Shown here: piece by piece, positions 1 to 13,236 of the stretch
Layout of the letters: each line of letters starts with the position of its first letter
Numbering within the stretch: the first letter of the stretch is position 1
Source: Vicugna vicugna
Taxonomy: Eukaryota
NCBI GenBank assembly: GCA_013265495.1
Contig: MU058213.1
Location: 5,413,149 to 5,475,148, forward strand
Reading direction: 5' to 3'
Length of the DNA stretch: 62,000 nucleotides
Program-made: the position numbers and the translations under genes
The notes under the pieces: model-generated
The model's input: only the letters and a program-made list of their open reading frames with translations
What the model was told of the DNA's origin: nothing
Databases searched by the model: none

Positions 1-329
1 GAGGACAGAGGTCTCTTCTCTTGCATTGCTCGGTGACTGCCTGGCAAAGTGATACAAGAGAATGGGAAGTGTGGCCATTCAAATGCAACTGTATGACAGC
101 TAATTAATTATATGCCAATTTTTACCCCAGTACGGAATAATATTTGCATTTTTGTGTGCTTCAAATGTGAAGGATGTAGCATTTCTACATCCTGCGTACT
201 TCCAACATTAAACAAGAAACCATCTATAAAATTATGGAAAAGATTTGTAATCTGCCTTGATTCCTGGGCTAGAGTTTGATGTGTGTGGACTTTAGTCCAA
301 ACACCTGGGAGAGCTGATGTGAAATATCC

Positions 330-585
330 AGAATGGAAAAGTGCCTCCACAGAGATAGATAGTAGATTAGCAGATGCCCAGGACCGAGAAAGGGAGTTGA
401 GGGAAATGGAGAGTGACCGATAAGAGGTCTGGGGTTTTCTTGTGGGGTGATGAAAACTAACTAGAGTGAATTGTGGTGATGGCTGCACAACTTGGGGAAC
501 TCACTAGAAACCACTGGATTGTGCATATTAGGTGGGTGACTTGTACACGAATTAAATCTTGATAAAGCTATTAAAACAAAACAAG
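330..585 (+). mobile_element. Old LINE-1 (L1M-type) 3' UTR fragment
   Basis: Typical L1M 3' end motifs (TTTTCTTGTGGGGTGATGAAAA...GTGGTGATGGCTGCACAAC...ATAAAGCTATTAAAA). Family from recall; boundaries approximate. Confidence 0.7.
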
Positions 586-797
586 AAAACCCTGGGTCAG
601 GGTCCTAGCACTGCCACTTACTAGTTACATGCCCTTGAGAAAACTATTTACACTTGCCTCAGTGTCCTCATCTGTAAAATGGGGATGATATGAAAGCACT
701 GTCTCAAAAAAAGGATGTGAATTCTCAGTGCGATCACACATGTGGAGGACCTAGTACAATGTCCTGTATATGGTAGAGACACAATAAATGTCAGCTA
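586..797 (+). mobile_element. MIR SINE
   Basis: MIR core GCCACTTACTAG...CCTCAGTGTCCTCATCTGTAAAATGGGGATGATA and 3' end CAATAAATGTCAGCTA. Confidence 0.85.
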
Positions 798-1409
798 CCT
801 GTCCGTTTGTCCCAATATAAAAAAAAATGGATTCATATGAAAATCGAGGTTTGGGGTTAGATTGATAGCTCCCCGAACAGGGCCCTCAGACCTCCAGAGA
901 GCCTAGAAAATAGTCCTTAGGCTTCCTCTCACTGTCTCCTGCCAGAAAATCTACTTGAAGTTGCACAGTTCCCAGAGATCAGGCTGCCCCAGACTCCTAA
1001 AACCATCAGGTTTCTTTGCTTTAGGCCAGAGTTAGATGAACTCAGCATGATTCTTTGCAAATCGAAAGTTCACCTTGGCAATTATATTAAGCCTTTGGTT
1101 AATTATCTGATTATTATCTCGTAAATGCTGTTCATCTGGGGGACAAAAATCTTTCAAAACACAGGGCCCATGGAGGAAACTAATGGAAGGACTTTTGGTG
1201 GTGAAAGGGTGGAAAACCACCGAACCAGGTTTCTCTAAGCTCCTTCAGCTCTATTGTTTGTGTTGGGTTTTGGAGGAAGGGTGTTTGCCAGAGACAGAGA
1301 AGAAAGGCGTTTCGTCCATTACCTTGTGCTGGAACAGCAGCACACGTGACAGCTCGGAGCAGGAGACCTCTGAGAAGAAATGGGGAAGAGAAGAGAGTTC
1401 TCTGCTCCT

Positions 1410-1467
1410 TCTCAACCACTAAGACTTAATTCTGGCTCCTCTCAACCACTAAGACTTAATTCTGGCT
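1410..1467. repeat. Tandem duplication, 30-bp period
   Basis: TCTCAACCACTAAGACTTAATTCTGGCT is identical at 1410-1437 and 1440-1467. Confidence 0.95.
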
Positions 1468-2522
1468 GTAGGACTCAGGCATTTTGAAAGCCACTCCAAG
1501 GTCATCCAGATCAGATTCCTGTCTCTAACTCATCTTTTGTGATACAGCCGAGGTCAAAGCCACCGTACCAGGCACCATTATTCCGGGACAAATGGGAGCT
1601 TGATGTGGGTTATTTCACCTCCTAAGTCGACTCTTACAAAGCACTGTGAGTCTCCCTTGGCATCTGCCAGGCTCAACAGCAGAGTTAGGTGCTAGAAAGA
1701 AGAGTCACCTGGGACTGTGTTTCTGGGTGGATCTGATCCTGTTCAGGGTGCTCAGTGTCTGTCGCTGTAGGCAATGCACACAGCTCGCTGGACACTGGCA
1801 CCTTCCCAGACTTGGGAGCCGCCCCTTAGCCTATGTGTCAGCTGGCGCAGAAAGACTTCCACCTCCAGAAGGTCAAATAAGAAAAGGGCTGACAGCTGTC
1901 TTCTGAGAGGCTTTCCAATGTGGCAGTTACTCACTTAAGGACTTGACCGTGGTCCATGGTCTGACCTTTGGTCTTAGAGTAGACACACAGAGAACAACTG
2001 ACCGTGCTCACGTGATCAGTGCATAAAGCCATTCTCCCCCTGAAGATAACCTGGGATGGAAACCCACTCAATGGCTATTGAAAGGGGTTTTGTGGCCCTA
2101 GATCAGGACAGAGAGGAGTCAGGCAGGTGAAAGGTGGCGATTGTTAAGACTGCCTGGGGCAGTTATCACCACTGCAGGGTCAGTTGACATGAAATAGTAG
2201 GTTGAGAAGCCTTAAAAGATGATGGTTAATGCTCCTGGTACCACCACCAACTAAGAGAGAGCGCAGAGGGACTTTGCCCACCTCCGTCGTAGGTCCTCTC
2301 CTGTTTTTTAGCTTCCATGGTGACTATGCCCTTGTGACTGACTGACATCAGCTGTCTTTAAATGCATTAAAATAGTCAGTCAAATTAATCGAAGCTCAGA
2401 GGCTTGGGTGTGAAGCTGTCTCTCTCAGAATCTGCCCATAAATTCTGGAGTCTAGTTGGACCCTCAAAGGACAACTTAACTCCCTATTCTTTGAGGGGGT
2501 CTCCCTGCAGCCTCTGAGCATT

Positions 2523-2760
2523 AATAATCACAGACTAACATTTACTGAGTGCCTACAATGTGCCAGGCACCATGCCCAGCACTTGGCGTATGCTAACTCA
2601 TCCAGTCTTCATGAAAACCTCATGGGGGGGGTTCTATTACTATCCCAATTTACACATAAGAAACTTGAAGCACAGAGACGTTAAGTAACTTGCCAAAGAG
2701 CATGCGGCTCATAAGTGGAGGAGGCAGTATCTGAACTCTGGCCGTCCAGCTCCAACATCA
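2523..2760 (-). mobile_element. MIR SINE
   Basis: Antisense MIR: ACATTTTACTGAGTGCCTACAATGTGCCAGGCAC...GCACAGAGACGTTAAGTAACTTGCC. Confidence 0.85.
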
Positions 2761-4219
2761 ATACCCTAATACAGTGTGTCACAAATACTGACAACAGTCA
2801 CTGCTTGAAAGGTCTTCCCCAAGGAAAAGAAAATTAACTGGATTTCAGAGAAAACAGATGGAGTTTGCTGGAGATTGAAGACTCTTGCTGAGTGTTAAAT
2901 CTAGTCTTCATAAATAAGTAAATACGCAGTGGCTGGAAAGAGGAAGGAGGTGCAGGTAGGCGTCTTGCCCTGGGAACGCCCTCCCTTCAGTCTGGCTTGG
3001 AGTCCCTGCTTTTGCAGTCACTCCTTTGATTTGTTGTCTTATTCACTCAGCAGACTTGTATTGGGCACTTTCTAAGCAACAGACATGAGATGCCAAAGAA
3101 AGACAGAGAGTTGCTGCCCCAAAGGACTTCCCAAATATGGCAAGAGATTAATATTTGTTTCCATGTGTATTATCTAGTTAACCTTGGGCCACCCCATGAA
3201 GTAAGCAAGGTGGGAACTGACCTGCCTATTTTATGACTGGGAATACTGAGTAGCTAATTGCTCTGCCCCCATGTCTCTCATATCATGCCCACTAGAATTC
3301 CAAATGTAGCTCTATTTCAAGTGTTCTGTCTTCTTGCATCCATGTATATAAAGTACACTTACATGGCCTTTCTGTTAAGGAGGATTTCAATAGTCACCAA
3401 TGAAATGAGAAAAAAATGAGGATGATGGAGCATTTTTTCATTAAACTAAATTTCTTCTATTTAAAGAACTACCCATCTATTCTAAAATTATGTTCTTCCT
3501 ACTTTTGATATTAAAATGCCTTTTTATAAATATCGGTAGTTTTTTTTCTTTTTAATGCACTTACATGCCCCCCACCAAATTATTAGTAATTCTGATGTTT
3601 CCCAGATCGATTTGCTGGTCTTTGAACCATTGCCCTAAAATGCACACAATCCCTAAGAGAGACAGAAAGTCTATCCATCATCCAGAGGCCTAGATGAGCC
3701 TCCCACAAGCTGTTACCCAAGACCATGGCCTTGACTTGGGGGACAGGGACGCTTTGAGGAGGCTTGGATTGAGAAAAACAAAGAGCAGTAATAATATGCT
3801 GCGATCCCTTTACTCTGATTTACATAACACACGACTTTCCACAGCCATGGCATCTAGCCAAAAATGATAAGGCTGATTAATTCCACAAGTGCATTATTCA
3901 CATGTCACCAAATATTGACTCTTACCAACCCCCTTCCCCCCGGCCATCTGCCCTGGTGTGTCAAATCAAAATAAATCAACAAACAAAAAGTGGCAGGCAG
4001 ATGATACCCCAGGGATGCAGAGCCAACTGCACAGTTCCCAGTACTAGGCTGAGTCCTGAGTGGCTGACTCATTTCTCCATCTCCCTTCTTCCCCAGTGAC
4101 CAGGAGTGTGTAAGCACACGTGAATGCACACACACAAAGGTTTTAGATGGCAATGGTATGTATGTGAGGGGGAAAGGTTGGGGGCAGCTGGGGTGAGAAA
4201 GACTCAAAAGATCCTAGGA

Positions 4220-4440
4220 AGTAATAACAACAGTAGACCACCTACTGAGTTCTTACAATATACCAGGCATATTAATGCCACCATAATATTTAATCCTCAC
4301 CACAATTCCAAGATGTAGGAACTAATATTATCCCCATTTTAGAGACAAAAAAGTAAAACTCATTTATATTAACCAACTTGTTCAAAGCCAAACATGTAGC
4401 ATTTCAGGGTCTAAATTCAAAGTTAATGCTTTTCATCTCT
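4220..4440 (-). mobile_element. MIR SINE
   Basis: TTTAATCCTCACCACAA...ATTATCCCCATTTTAGAGA core, antisense. Confidence 0.7.
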
Positions 4441-4469
4441 ACATAAGCTAATTCACCTTCACTGCCTCC

Positions 4470-4635
4470 TGGATGTGTTTTTTAACCTCTCTGGGCTTCC
4501 GTGTCTGCATCATGATAATGGGACAACTATGGTACCCAGTTGACAGGGCTGTTGTGAGAAACCAATGAGCTAATACATGTAATGTACTTATACTAGTTTC
4601 AGTACATTTGTGCTTGATGTGTATTTGCTGTTCTT
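4470..4635 (+). mobile_element. MIR SINE
   Basis: TTAACCTCTCTGGGCTTCC...AGGGCTGTTGTGAGAA...AATGAGCTAATACATGTAA. Confidence 0.7.
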
Positions 4636-5959
4636 ATGATATTGTTACTTTTATTACACAGTATCATCTACCTTAGCTGGATGAAGGGAGTATCTCCAAA
4701 ACAGATTTAACAAGGAAAAAGGATATATTTGGATGTATGAGCATTCTTGGGGATCTAGTGCCAAGAGAACTACATTTCTATTCCCAGGCAGAGAATAAGT
4801 CATTTTCTCTACACCTGCCCACGCCAAGTTGTACATTTTCACGCCCTGTAGATTTCTGAGTCTCCTGTTCTCTTCCCTTCCGTCTGTCACCTCTCTTCTG
4901 ACAGCTCACCGGAGAGGCCACTCCTCCATCTTTCATAGCCCTCTCTCCAGAGTCCCAAGATGCTAGGGTACACAGCCCCTCTGCGGTGGTTACAATGAAT
5001 CGCCACATCGGTGGCTTGGTGGTGATGTGTGCCACACCTGCACAAACTCCCGCCGGAGCGTAGCGGATCAGCTCATCGCTCCACCCTGCTATTTTTTTTA
5101 AAGCAGTTTCCAGCATTTGCCCTCTTCACTGCTTTCCAGCAAACTATGGGAAAACCTCACAATTAATTGACTGTAACCTTCCTAACAGCTGTTACCCAAC
5201 TCCATGCAGGGCTAGTGGTACACACTAAGAACTTTGCATTTTGTCTTACTTTTTGTGACTTGGAAAATGTAACCAACCACCCCTGCGAAAGTGAGTTATT
5301 TCATGAATTTTCTTTTCCAACATCTGAAACTGATGACTAAAGTCCCAGGCACCAGCTTGAGTGGGTCGGGAAAATGCTTCTTTCCCACGTGACCTTCTTC
5401 CACCGCTGACTGCGTTTGCAAAAGTAGCCCAAGGCCAGAGAACAGCTGTTTGCTGGTTCTCTCAAGAGCAAGTTGCAAATGGTGCATCACTGGCTTGCGC
5501 TTTTTTCCCCTTCTTTTAGGGAAGCATTTAAATGTGCTAAATGGAAGCAAAGAATCATAGGGTGTTAAAATGGAAAGTTTCTACTACTCACCAAGATATA
5601 ACAGATGTGAGAGTAAAAAAGCAAAGTGTAAAGTTAAAAAAAAAACAAAACAAAAAAAAACCCAGCACCAGCTCCATAACTCCTTGTGCTGGATTGTTCC
5701 AGTGCCAACCTGTTTACACTGGGCACTACACTTTCCAGAAAACCTTACAGAGTGTTCTGGATTTGAATTTATCGCATGTGAATTTGGGAGGGATTTGGGA
5801 TGTGGAAGTGAAGCTGTCACCCTTACTCACTCGTGGTTGCTGTTAGTTAAGAGCAGTGAGAGACCAACGCAGAGGTGCCAATGGGTTCCAGTTCGTTTTT
5901 ACTTTTCTCTGCAGTGCGTCCAGCTCCCCTTCCAAGCCGCTGACCCCGCTGACCAGCAG

Positions 5960-6280
5960 TGACCCCAGACCCAACACAGGTGCTTAGACATGAACTCTGA
6001 GGTAGCAACTAGGAAGAGTGGACAACCTTCCACGGGCTTCTGTACCTGCCCCCTGCATGCACCTGCTCCAGCAGCGGGAAGAGCCCAGCTCCCCGTTGTC
6101 CCTGAGAACTCTGACTCATCCACCTGTACCAGGCCACGTTGTGACCTTTTCCTGACCCTTCAGCTCCTCTTTTCAAATCTATATTTCCCCTGTGCCTCCC
6201 ACAACTGTGTATGCAGCAAATTTCTTATTCCCTAACACTCATAAGGGTCTGTGTCCCTGGCTGGACCCTGACTGCTGTAT
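5960..6280 (+). mobile_element. Old ERVL-class LTR remnant (3' part)
   Basis: Ends TCTGTGTCCCTGGCTGGACCCTGACTGCTGTA, resembling ERVL LTR 3' termini (GGACCCTGACTGATACA). 5' boundary and family uncertain. Confidence 0.4.
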
Positions 6281-8400
6281 TCCTGGACCCCTGGGCCAGA
6301 TCAAGGATAAAAAGGAGGCAGAGTGTGACACAAAAAGAATTGTCAAGCAGTTTCCTTGAGAGATGCAGCTGCGGGCTGTGTGGCCACCTCCTCTCACACC
6401 TCAAGCCTCATGACGGACCACCATGGGCCCCTCAGAGAACTCTGACACGTGCTCCAGCAGCTGAGATAGGAGAGCTGCCACCTAACATATGCCTCAAAAA
6501 GCTGCAGCACAGGATCAAGGTGGCCGCACTGGGGTCCACGAGGTTGCCCGGAGTTTAGGGGGCTGTAGGGTTGTCCTGGGCCCTGACCGATAGGACTAGT
6601 GGAAGGGGCAGAGCAAGCCCGGCAGGAGGAAGCTGGTGGCGGACTCAGGATTCCCAGGGAGGAGGCATTACCAGCGACCACCAAGAATGGAGGTGCAGCC
6701 ACCAAATCAAGGGATCTGTGGGGGCTCCAGTGATGAGAATGCTGGAGGAGCGTGAGAAGGCAGTTCACTGGAAAAACAGGGGTCAATATCTGCTGACCTG
6801 GTGAGCCCTCATTTACCACTCCTTTCTCCCTCCTCTCTGACCCTAGAGAGATCACAAGTTGCCTAGCAAGCTAGAAAGGTGGTGGGGCAGACAAGGGGTA
6901 AAGATTTGCTGTAAATGAAGTTCAGAGTTTCGGTCAACCTCTTGGAGTGAACACAGCTGAATTGAGACTATGTCTTGGGACTTAAAGTGACCATGTTCAC
7001 TGAGAGTGAGCTGAAAATTATGAGTCTGCTGGAGTTTTTACCTAGGGGTGAAGAGAGTATTTCCATTTAATTTACCTAAATGTGGGAAAGGAAAATGGAG
7101 CTGTGGCTGCTCACAGCCAGAGGCCAGATGCTGTGAGAGCCAGTTACAAACACCGAGGCAGTGAGGGTCCAGGCCCTACAGACTCACTCTGAGCTGGTGG
7201 AGCCCTGGATGCCTCTGGTGAAGCCTCAAGGACAGGAGGGACCCCAGAGGAGGCTGAGAGTGTGGGATTTGGGGGTCGCCCCTCTGCAAGCAGAGCTTCC
7301 ACTACTTCTTATATTGGAGTTCCAAATAAGTTCTCATTTGAAGGTGGGAATAGAATTCCACCACTTTAAACAGACCTTGAAACCTACTTTCTGTCAACCC
7401 CCCCCCTTAACCAACAGAGAAATGAAGGGGATAGAGAAGTGATCTGCTGATGTACAAGCAGGAGCTGAACCAGGGCTATGACTCCCGACCCTAGACCTTC
7501 TCCCCACCACCCACAGCCCCAACCCCAGCATCCACACGGAAGTCTGCTAGGTGATTTCACATTTTTCAGTTCAAAAGCAAATGTAAGGGCACAGATGAGA
7601 CCAAGGTAGAAGACGAGATCAGCAAGTGCAGGGCCAAGCAGGAGGAAGGTCTTGGTGAGGAAATGAAAGACCCAGCTGCTGAGGAGCAAGCCTTGCCTCC
7701 AGATTGCTCTCGACCTCCAGTGGTGCCCTGTCACCTGGGGCACATGTGACAAAGCAGATTCCTAGTCCCCAGGTCACCTGGGGCACAACCCTGAACCTGG
7801 ATTTTAACAATCATCTCAGTGATTTAGTTGCCACGGCAGGTTTGGCTCCATGAGGTGGCTGCACACATCAGGCCCAGAATGCCCAGTGCACTGTGAAGGC
7901 AGCTTGCTGGCACTGGCCCTGGCTTCTCCCTCCCCACTGAGGCACGCTCTGGAGAAGTGCAAGGCAGTTCCTGCAGGCTGAGGGGTGACTGCGGTTTAAA
8001 GGAGTTTGAAAGGCTGATTTCTAGGCTGAGGAGTTACCACTGAGGGGCAGATGCTGAGGGAATCTGGGTTAATCTATGCAGGGACCATTCTAGAAACTGG
8101 CCTAGCAGAAGCATGGTGTCTGGCTGCATGAAGGACAGCAGCTAGAATGGAGCCAGAGGCAAGAGCTGGCCCCAAGCTAGGCCTGGGAGCAGGGCTATAA
8201 AGCCTGGGACATGAGGAAAGGTCAGGATTCCAGGTGATAGGGGCCATTTTGAGGAATGAGACACCAGAGAATGAGAAAAGATGCTAAACTGAGAATCTTT
8301 GGATAGCTCTTCGGCCACAGGCCCTTATGGAAAGGTTTTATGTTTCCATAACCAGCCAGAGTCCCAGAGCCTCTGAGAACATGTTACTCCTGTTCATCTA

Positions 8401-8567
8401 CAATAGTTCTCACCCAGGGGTGATTTTGGCCCCCAGAGGACATTTGACAGCATCTGGAGACATCTGGTTACAATTGGGAGTTGGTGGGTGGGCATCCCAC
8501 AACACATGGGCCCTCCCCACATCAAAGAACTACTCAGCCCAAAGGTGCCAGGCTGGAAAGGCACTGG
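8401..8567. mobile_element. MER20-like hAT DNA transposon remnant
   Basis: CAATAGTTCTCACCCAGGGGTGATTTTGGCCCCCAGAGGACATTTGACAGCATCTGGAGACAT matches the MER20 start as I recall it. Confidence 0.75.
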
Positions 8568-8645
8568 TCTGTGTATGATGCAATCACTACAGGAACCCAT
8601 TACAGGAATTCCATCTATGTATGATGGAATCATTACAGGAACCCA
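8568..8645. repeat. Imperfect local duplication, 46-bp period
   Basis: TCTGTGTATGATGCAATCACTACAGGAACCCA (8568-8599) versus TCTATGTATGATGGAATCATTACAGGAACCCA (8614-8645), 29/32 identical. Confidence 0.9.
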
Positions 8646-9831
8646 GTGTCCTTTGGGGACACCCACATCTGAGACGCCCATGACACGGAGCCCTGCGGTA
8701 ACTGCTCACACACACTGGAGTCCTCCCCTCTGGGGCACAGCCAGGCCTGGAACGGGGCAGGTGTGTGCAGATGTATGCTGACCACTATGTATCAGAGTAA
8801 GTTTTATTAAAAGACAAGATAAACAGCAACCCATTTTGTAACAGGCTAAGTAGATAGGTACTGAAGTCTGTTGGCCTCACACCCCGATAGCCCCTTCTGC
8901 ACCCGCATCTAGCCCTCGCTCACCGTCCTTCAGCGACGGTTCTGCTGATGATCCCAGAGCGTGGAACAAGCGCCTTTGCATTTCCCGCCTCCACCTCAGC
9001 CACTAGGACGCTGATCAGTTTCCAGCAGGCAAATCTGACATCTCTAGCAAACCAAGGGATCCAAGGCAAAGCTGGGGAGGGGGTGGGGGTTGGGGTCATT
9101 GCTCCTCTCAGAGGAGCTAGTTTACTTTCTTTGGGGGCTACTCATTTTGCAGATGGGGTGACTGCAACCCCACGCTGATCCTGGCGTATTTCCTACCTCT
9201 CAGCTATAGGTTAGGTGTGGGCATCGTGTCCCCAGGACACTGCTCCGACTTGTCCAGGCTGCAGCACCCCACTTTCTCCCAATTCATCCTTACTGAGGCA
9301 CTCAAAATTGTCCCCCCTAATATGCCAGGGCAGCTGGGTCCTCTGCATCTCTCAGAGTGTACGGCCAAATCCCTTAAAGGGCCTGGCAGGGAGCAGAGGG
9401 TGCGAGCTCAGATTTGCACTCTGTCTAGGCAGGGTGTTGCCAGATTTCTTTCCACACTGGAAAAAAACCTATTTAATATTTTGAGCTGTGACTGAGATGA
9501 CATTTATGACATATAGCAAAGCAGGAATTATCTTTAGGAGCAGAAAGACGAAGACATACTGTGGATCTGATAAGATAAAAGCAGCCGCAGATGAAAACAT
9601 TTACAAAGGGAGACGACGGCTATCTGCCAGACGAGAGCAAGGAAACTCACCCGCTAAACTCAAAGGAATGAAAAGAAGTCAAGCCAAATTCTGTGACGGG
9701 CTGCACACTAGCACGCCTCCTTTCCTGCAAGAAGATTCAGTAAAGGGAGAGACTCTCATAGTCAAGATGAGTTTAAGTAAGTAGGAGCAGGATAAAATCT
9801 ACATAAGCTGGGAAGCATCACATATTTAAGG

Positions 9832-9990
9832 GATGGGTTCTCAAACTGCATCGTACAACAGTGTCACGTAGGAGAGCTGTTAAAAATCCAGATTCTGGGC
9901 CCCACCCCCAGAGGTGCTGATTCTGTAGGTTTGAGCTATGTCCCAGGAATCTGGATTTTGGACAAGTACTTCAGGTAATTCTGAAGCAGG
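9832..9990. mobile_element. MER5A-like hAT-Charlie DNA transposon
   Basis: GGTTCTCAAACT...TGTTAAAAATCCAGATTCTGGGCCCCACCCCCAGAG...TGATTCTGTAGGT...CCAGGAATCTG. Confidence 0.8.
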
Positions 9991-9999
9991 ATGTCCCTA

Positions 10000-10110
10000 A
10001 GAACCCTATGAGGTAAAATACTGCTATGACTCCCATTTCACACATGAGGACACTGAGGCACAAAGTCTGATAACTTGCCCAAGTTCACCGCCTAACTAGT
10101 GGCAGAGCCA
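10000..10110 (-). mobile_element. MIR fragment
   Basis: CCCATTTCACACATGAGGACACTGAGGCAC...TAACTTGCCCAAG. Confidence 0.75.
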
Positions 10111-10569
10111 CCTCCCAAGAGATCTAGGGCTCAAGAGACAAGGAGTGAGGTGGTCTCGGTCCGGGTGGGGACTCTCCTCTCCACCCTGTCCTCTGAAGCA
10201 AGGAGCAGAGTTGCCCATTTCCAGAAATATCCCGCAGTCTCAGAAGTGCTGGACCTCTGAATCCCTTAAGCTTTAAGCAGACAAATATGCTCGAGATAGG
10301 TGCAAACAGATAAACTCATGAATGAAAGAGACAGAGGAGGAGGAAGGGAGGGAAGGACCACATTAAAAAGTATCTTTTATTTCAAATTTGTGCTTCTCTA
10401 GAGCACTTTAAAGATTTACCAAAAAAAAAATGCTCTAAAATGTGTCGATGCCAAGGTTATTAAAATGCTATTCTCTACCATCAGCATACAGCCAGGAGAA
10501 GGAGCTGCAACTAAGATGTCAGGTTTTCAGAAAATAATATTAAATGAGCAAGTAGAGTTTCAAACCCCA

Positions 10570-10745
10570 GAATCACCGAATAGTTGAGCTGGATGTACCT
10601 CTGGGAATTAACTCAATTAATCTCTCTATTTTACAGATGAGAAAACTGAGTCTAGGGGAGGGGATGTGCCAAGGTGGGTCAGCAGCCCCAACCCCAAACC
10701 TCAGGGTTCTGACCCCCTAGTCTGATGCTCATTTTGCTCCACACT
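10570..10745 (-). mobile_element. MIR fragment
   Basis: ATTTTACAGATGAGAAAACTGAG core. Confidence 0.65.
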
Positions 10746-12835
10746 CTGCCCTCTGTGAACACTGAAAGGGAAGGAAGCCCTTAACATAAGTTTCCTCCAA
10801 ACTCCATCTTTAACCAACATGTACCCTTGGTTGGAACAGCAGCTGCAAGAAGAATGAGCAGAGGTGTGGGGATGTAGTCAGCACGTGAGGGAGTCTCACA
10901 CAGTTAAGGTGCCGAGAGGGCCCAGGTCTCCAGCTCCCTCACAGAATCACAAATAGAAGGGACAAGCGACTGAGGGGAGGAGACCCAGGGAAGCTCCCCA
11001 GGATGTGCCAGGAGGGGTGAGCACGTACCTCCCCTCTCACTACCTTGCCGCCTCTGGTACCCAGGGACTCAACTAGAACATCCACATCTTGGAAACACAG
11101 GCTGCAGTGGCCAGAAGCAGAGGTGGGATTTTGGACAAGTGATTCACTTCCAGCTCAAAACCCTCACAGGAGCCCTTGACGAAGCACCGCAGGTCCACCA
11201 TGGTCTGGCTGCAGGCTGTCCACCCGATCTTATTTTCTGCCACTGCCTTGATAAAAGCACATGTCCTATACCTTGGATTATTCTGACCAACCAACAACCT
11301 GAGAAAAGCATTGGTGTCAGAGCGAGAGGCCAGCCCAGGGGCCGTCCTTGGCAGTGGAAGAGGAAGGATGTCCTGGGGACAGGGGAGTAGGAGGTGAGGT
11401 TACAGGGAGCAGTCCTGAGACCAGAGGCGAAGGGCCGCTGGCCTAGGCAAGGAGTAACCCAAGGCTCCTGCACCTCTCCCAGCCCATTCCATCAGCCCGC
11501 GTCCCTGCACACATGACACCACCGTGCAGCCACGTCACCAGCAGAGGGGGCATGGCCCAGCCCGAGCTTCTGAGCTCCCAACCCTCCTGCAACCAGATCA
11601 GTCAAGCTCAGTGCCAGCAAGAATGGCACAGAACAAGATGGAGGGGTCTGAATTTCCTGTTTCCTCTCCACTGAGAGACTGCAGCCAGGATCATTATCAC
11701 GGGCTGAGTAAGCCCTGAGACCATCACCAGAGCGGTGGTGAAGGATAACCCAGGATATGCTTCCTCCAGTGAAAGGTCAGGCAGGAGAGCTTGCTTCCCA
11801 CTCAAACTGGCAACACAGAGGTGACACTGGGACTGAGGTTATAGCCGCTCACTGGCTTTGGCTTTAACTTTGTTTAAACCAACTTGCAGAAAAGTAAAAG
11901 GGAAGATGCTCAAAGGGTTAGCCACGAAAATAACCCACTAGGTAACCCTCCACGCATCAGGCGTATCAAATTGTCTTCATTTCCTGAACAGAGCATGGTT
12001 GTGTGGCGACACCAGAAAGAATGATGGCCCTGCCAATCCGAGCAAGTCCCACAGAGCCTCTCAAGTTCCCCTTTTTCTGCGATTTATCTTGGTAATGAAT
12101 TCTCTGCGCCTTTGACCTGCCAGTTCAGTTATCTTCCCCATCTCTGACAAAAGCCTAGCTGTGGGGAAAGATAATATTTTCTTAATCAAATGAGCATCAG
12201 TGAAATCTATGGAACAGTTGCTAACGTTTTTTAATGACCTGAATCCTTAGAAGTTTCTCTTAGGAGAAAGCCTTTGAATATGGTAAGAATACGAAGAAAT
12301 AGTCTAGATTTATTCAACTCTTTTTTATTTTTTAAGCTTTAACAGTTGGCTGGAGGAAACCTTGAACTTTCTAGCCTTTTCTACAAAGACAATGGAAAGG
12401 ATGAATGTGAACAATTTTAAGGAAGATTTGATCAGTTTCCGCTTCCAGTTTGATTCAGTCTTAAGGCATGAGTACTTAGGGTTTTGAAAGACCTCGGTTA
12501 GAATCTTCCCTGTTACTTAATCCCTCTCTGCTACAGTATCCAAGCTTATACAAAGGGAGTATCATGGTGCCGGCCTCAGAGAGATATGGAGAGGATTACA
12601 TAAAATAGTGACTGTAAACATTTAACAAGGAGCCCAGCTCAGTAAATGTTTGTTTTTTTTCCTCTATCAACCAAAGGATTCTCTCAAATTTCCATCTGAT
12701 TTGCCTTCATAGACATGGCTTCTAGACATTCTGAGTGTCACGGGGCAGCTCTAATGGTGAACAAATAGCCTGAGTAAAATGCAGTCAGCACAACCTGTGT
12801 ATTTGTTACCTGGAAGGAGAAATTGGCTGGAGGAT

Positions 12836-13236
12836 TGCCATACTGTTTCCTGGAGCGGCCACCATGATTTGCCACAAACTGAGTGGCCTGAAAAAGCAGA
12901 CTGTTACTCTCATAGTTGCAGCAGAGCCCAGAAGTCCAAAATCAAGGAGTCGGCAGGGCGAGTTCCTTCTGGAGGGCTCAGAGGAGAACATATCCCATGT
13001 CTCTCCCAGATTCTGGTGGCTGGTGGCTGTCCTCCAGCTTCTGTCTCCATCTTTTCATGGCCTTTTCCTCTGTCTGCTCTTTCTCTTACAAGGACACCAG
13101 GCATTGGATTTAGGGCCCTCCCTAAATTCAGGACGCTTTTATCTTGAGATCCTTAATGAATTACATCTGCCCAGACCCCATTTCCAAATAAGTCCAAATT
13201 CATACCACTCATATTCACACTATTCAGCCCACTACA
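12836..13236 (-). mobile_element. MLT1 (ERVL-MaLR) LTR
   Basis: CCACAAACTGAGTGGCCTGAAAA...AGAAGTCCAAAATCAAGG...GATCCTTAATGAATTACATCTGC...CACTATTCAGCCCACTACA. Confidence 0.8.

Noticed and set aside
1410..1467. Direct repeats of CRISPR-like length
   Set aside because: Only two abutting copies with no spacer, in eukaryotic DNA with no cas genes.
6800..7080. Possible ancient Gypsy-like LTR remnant
   Set aside because: Only a vague resemblance from memory; no termini or TSD could be identified.
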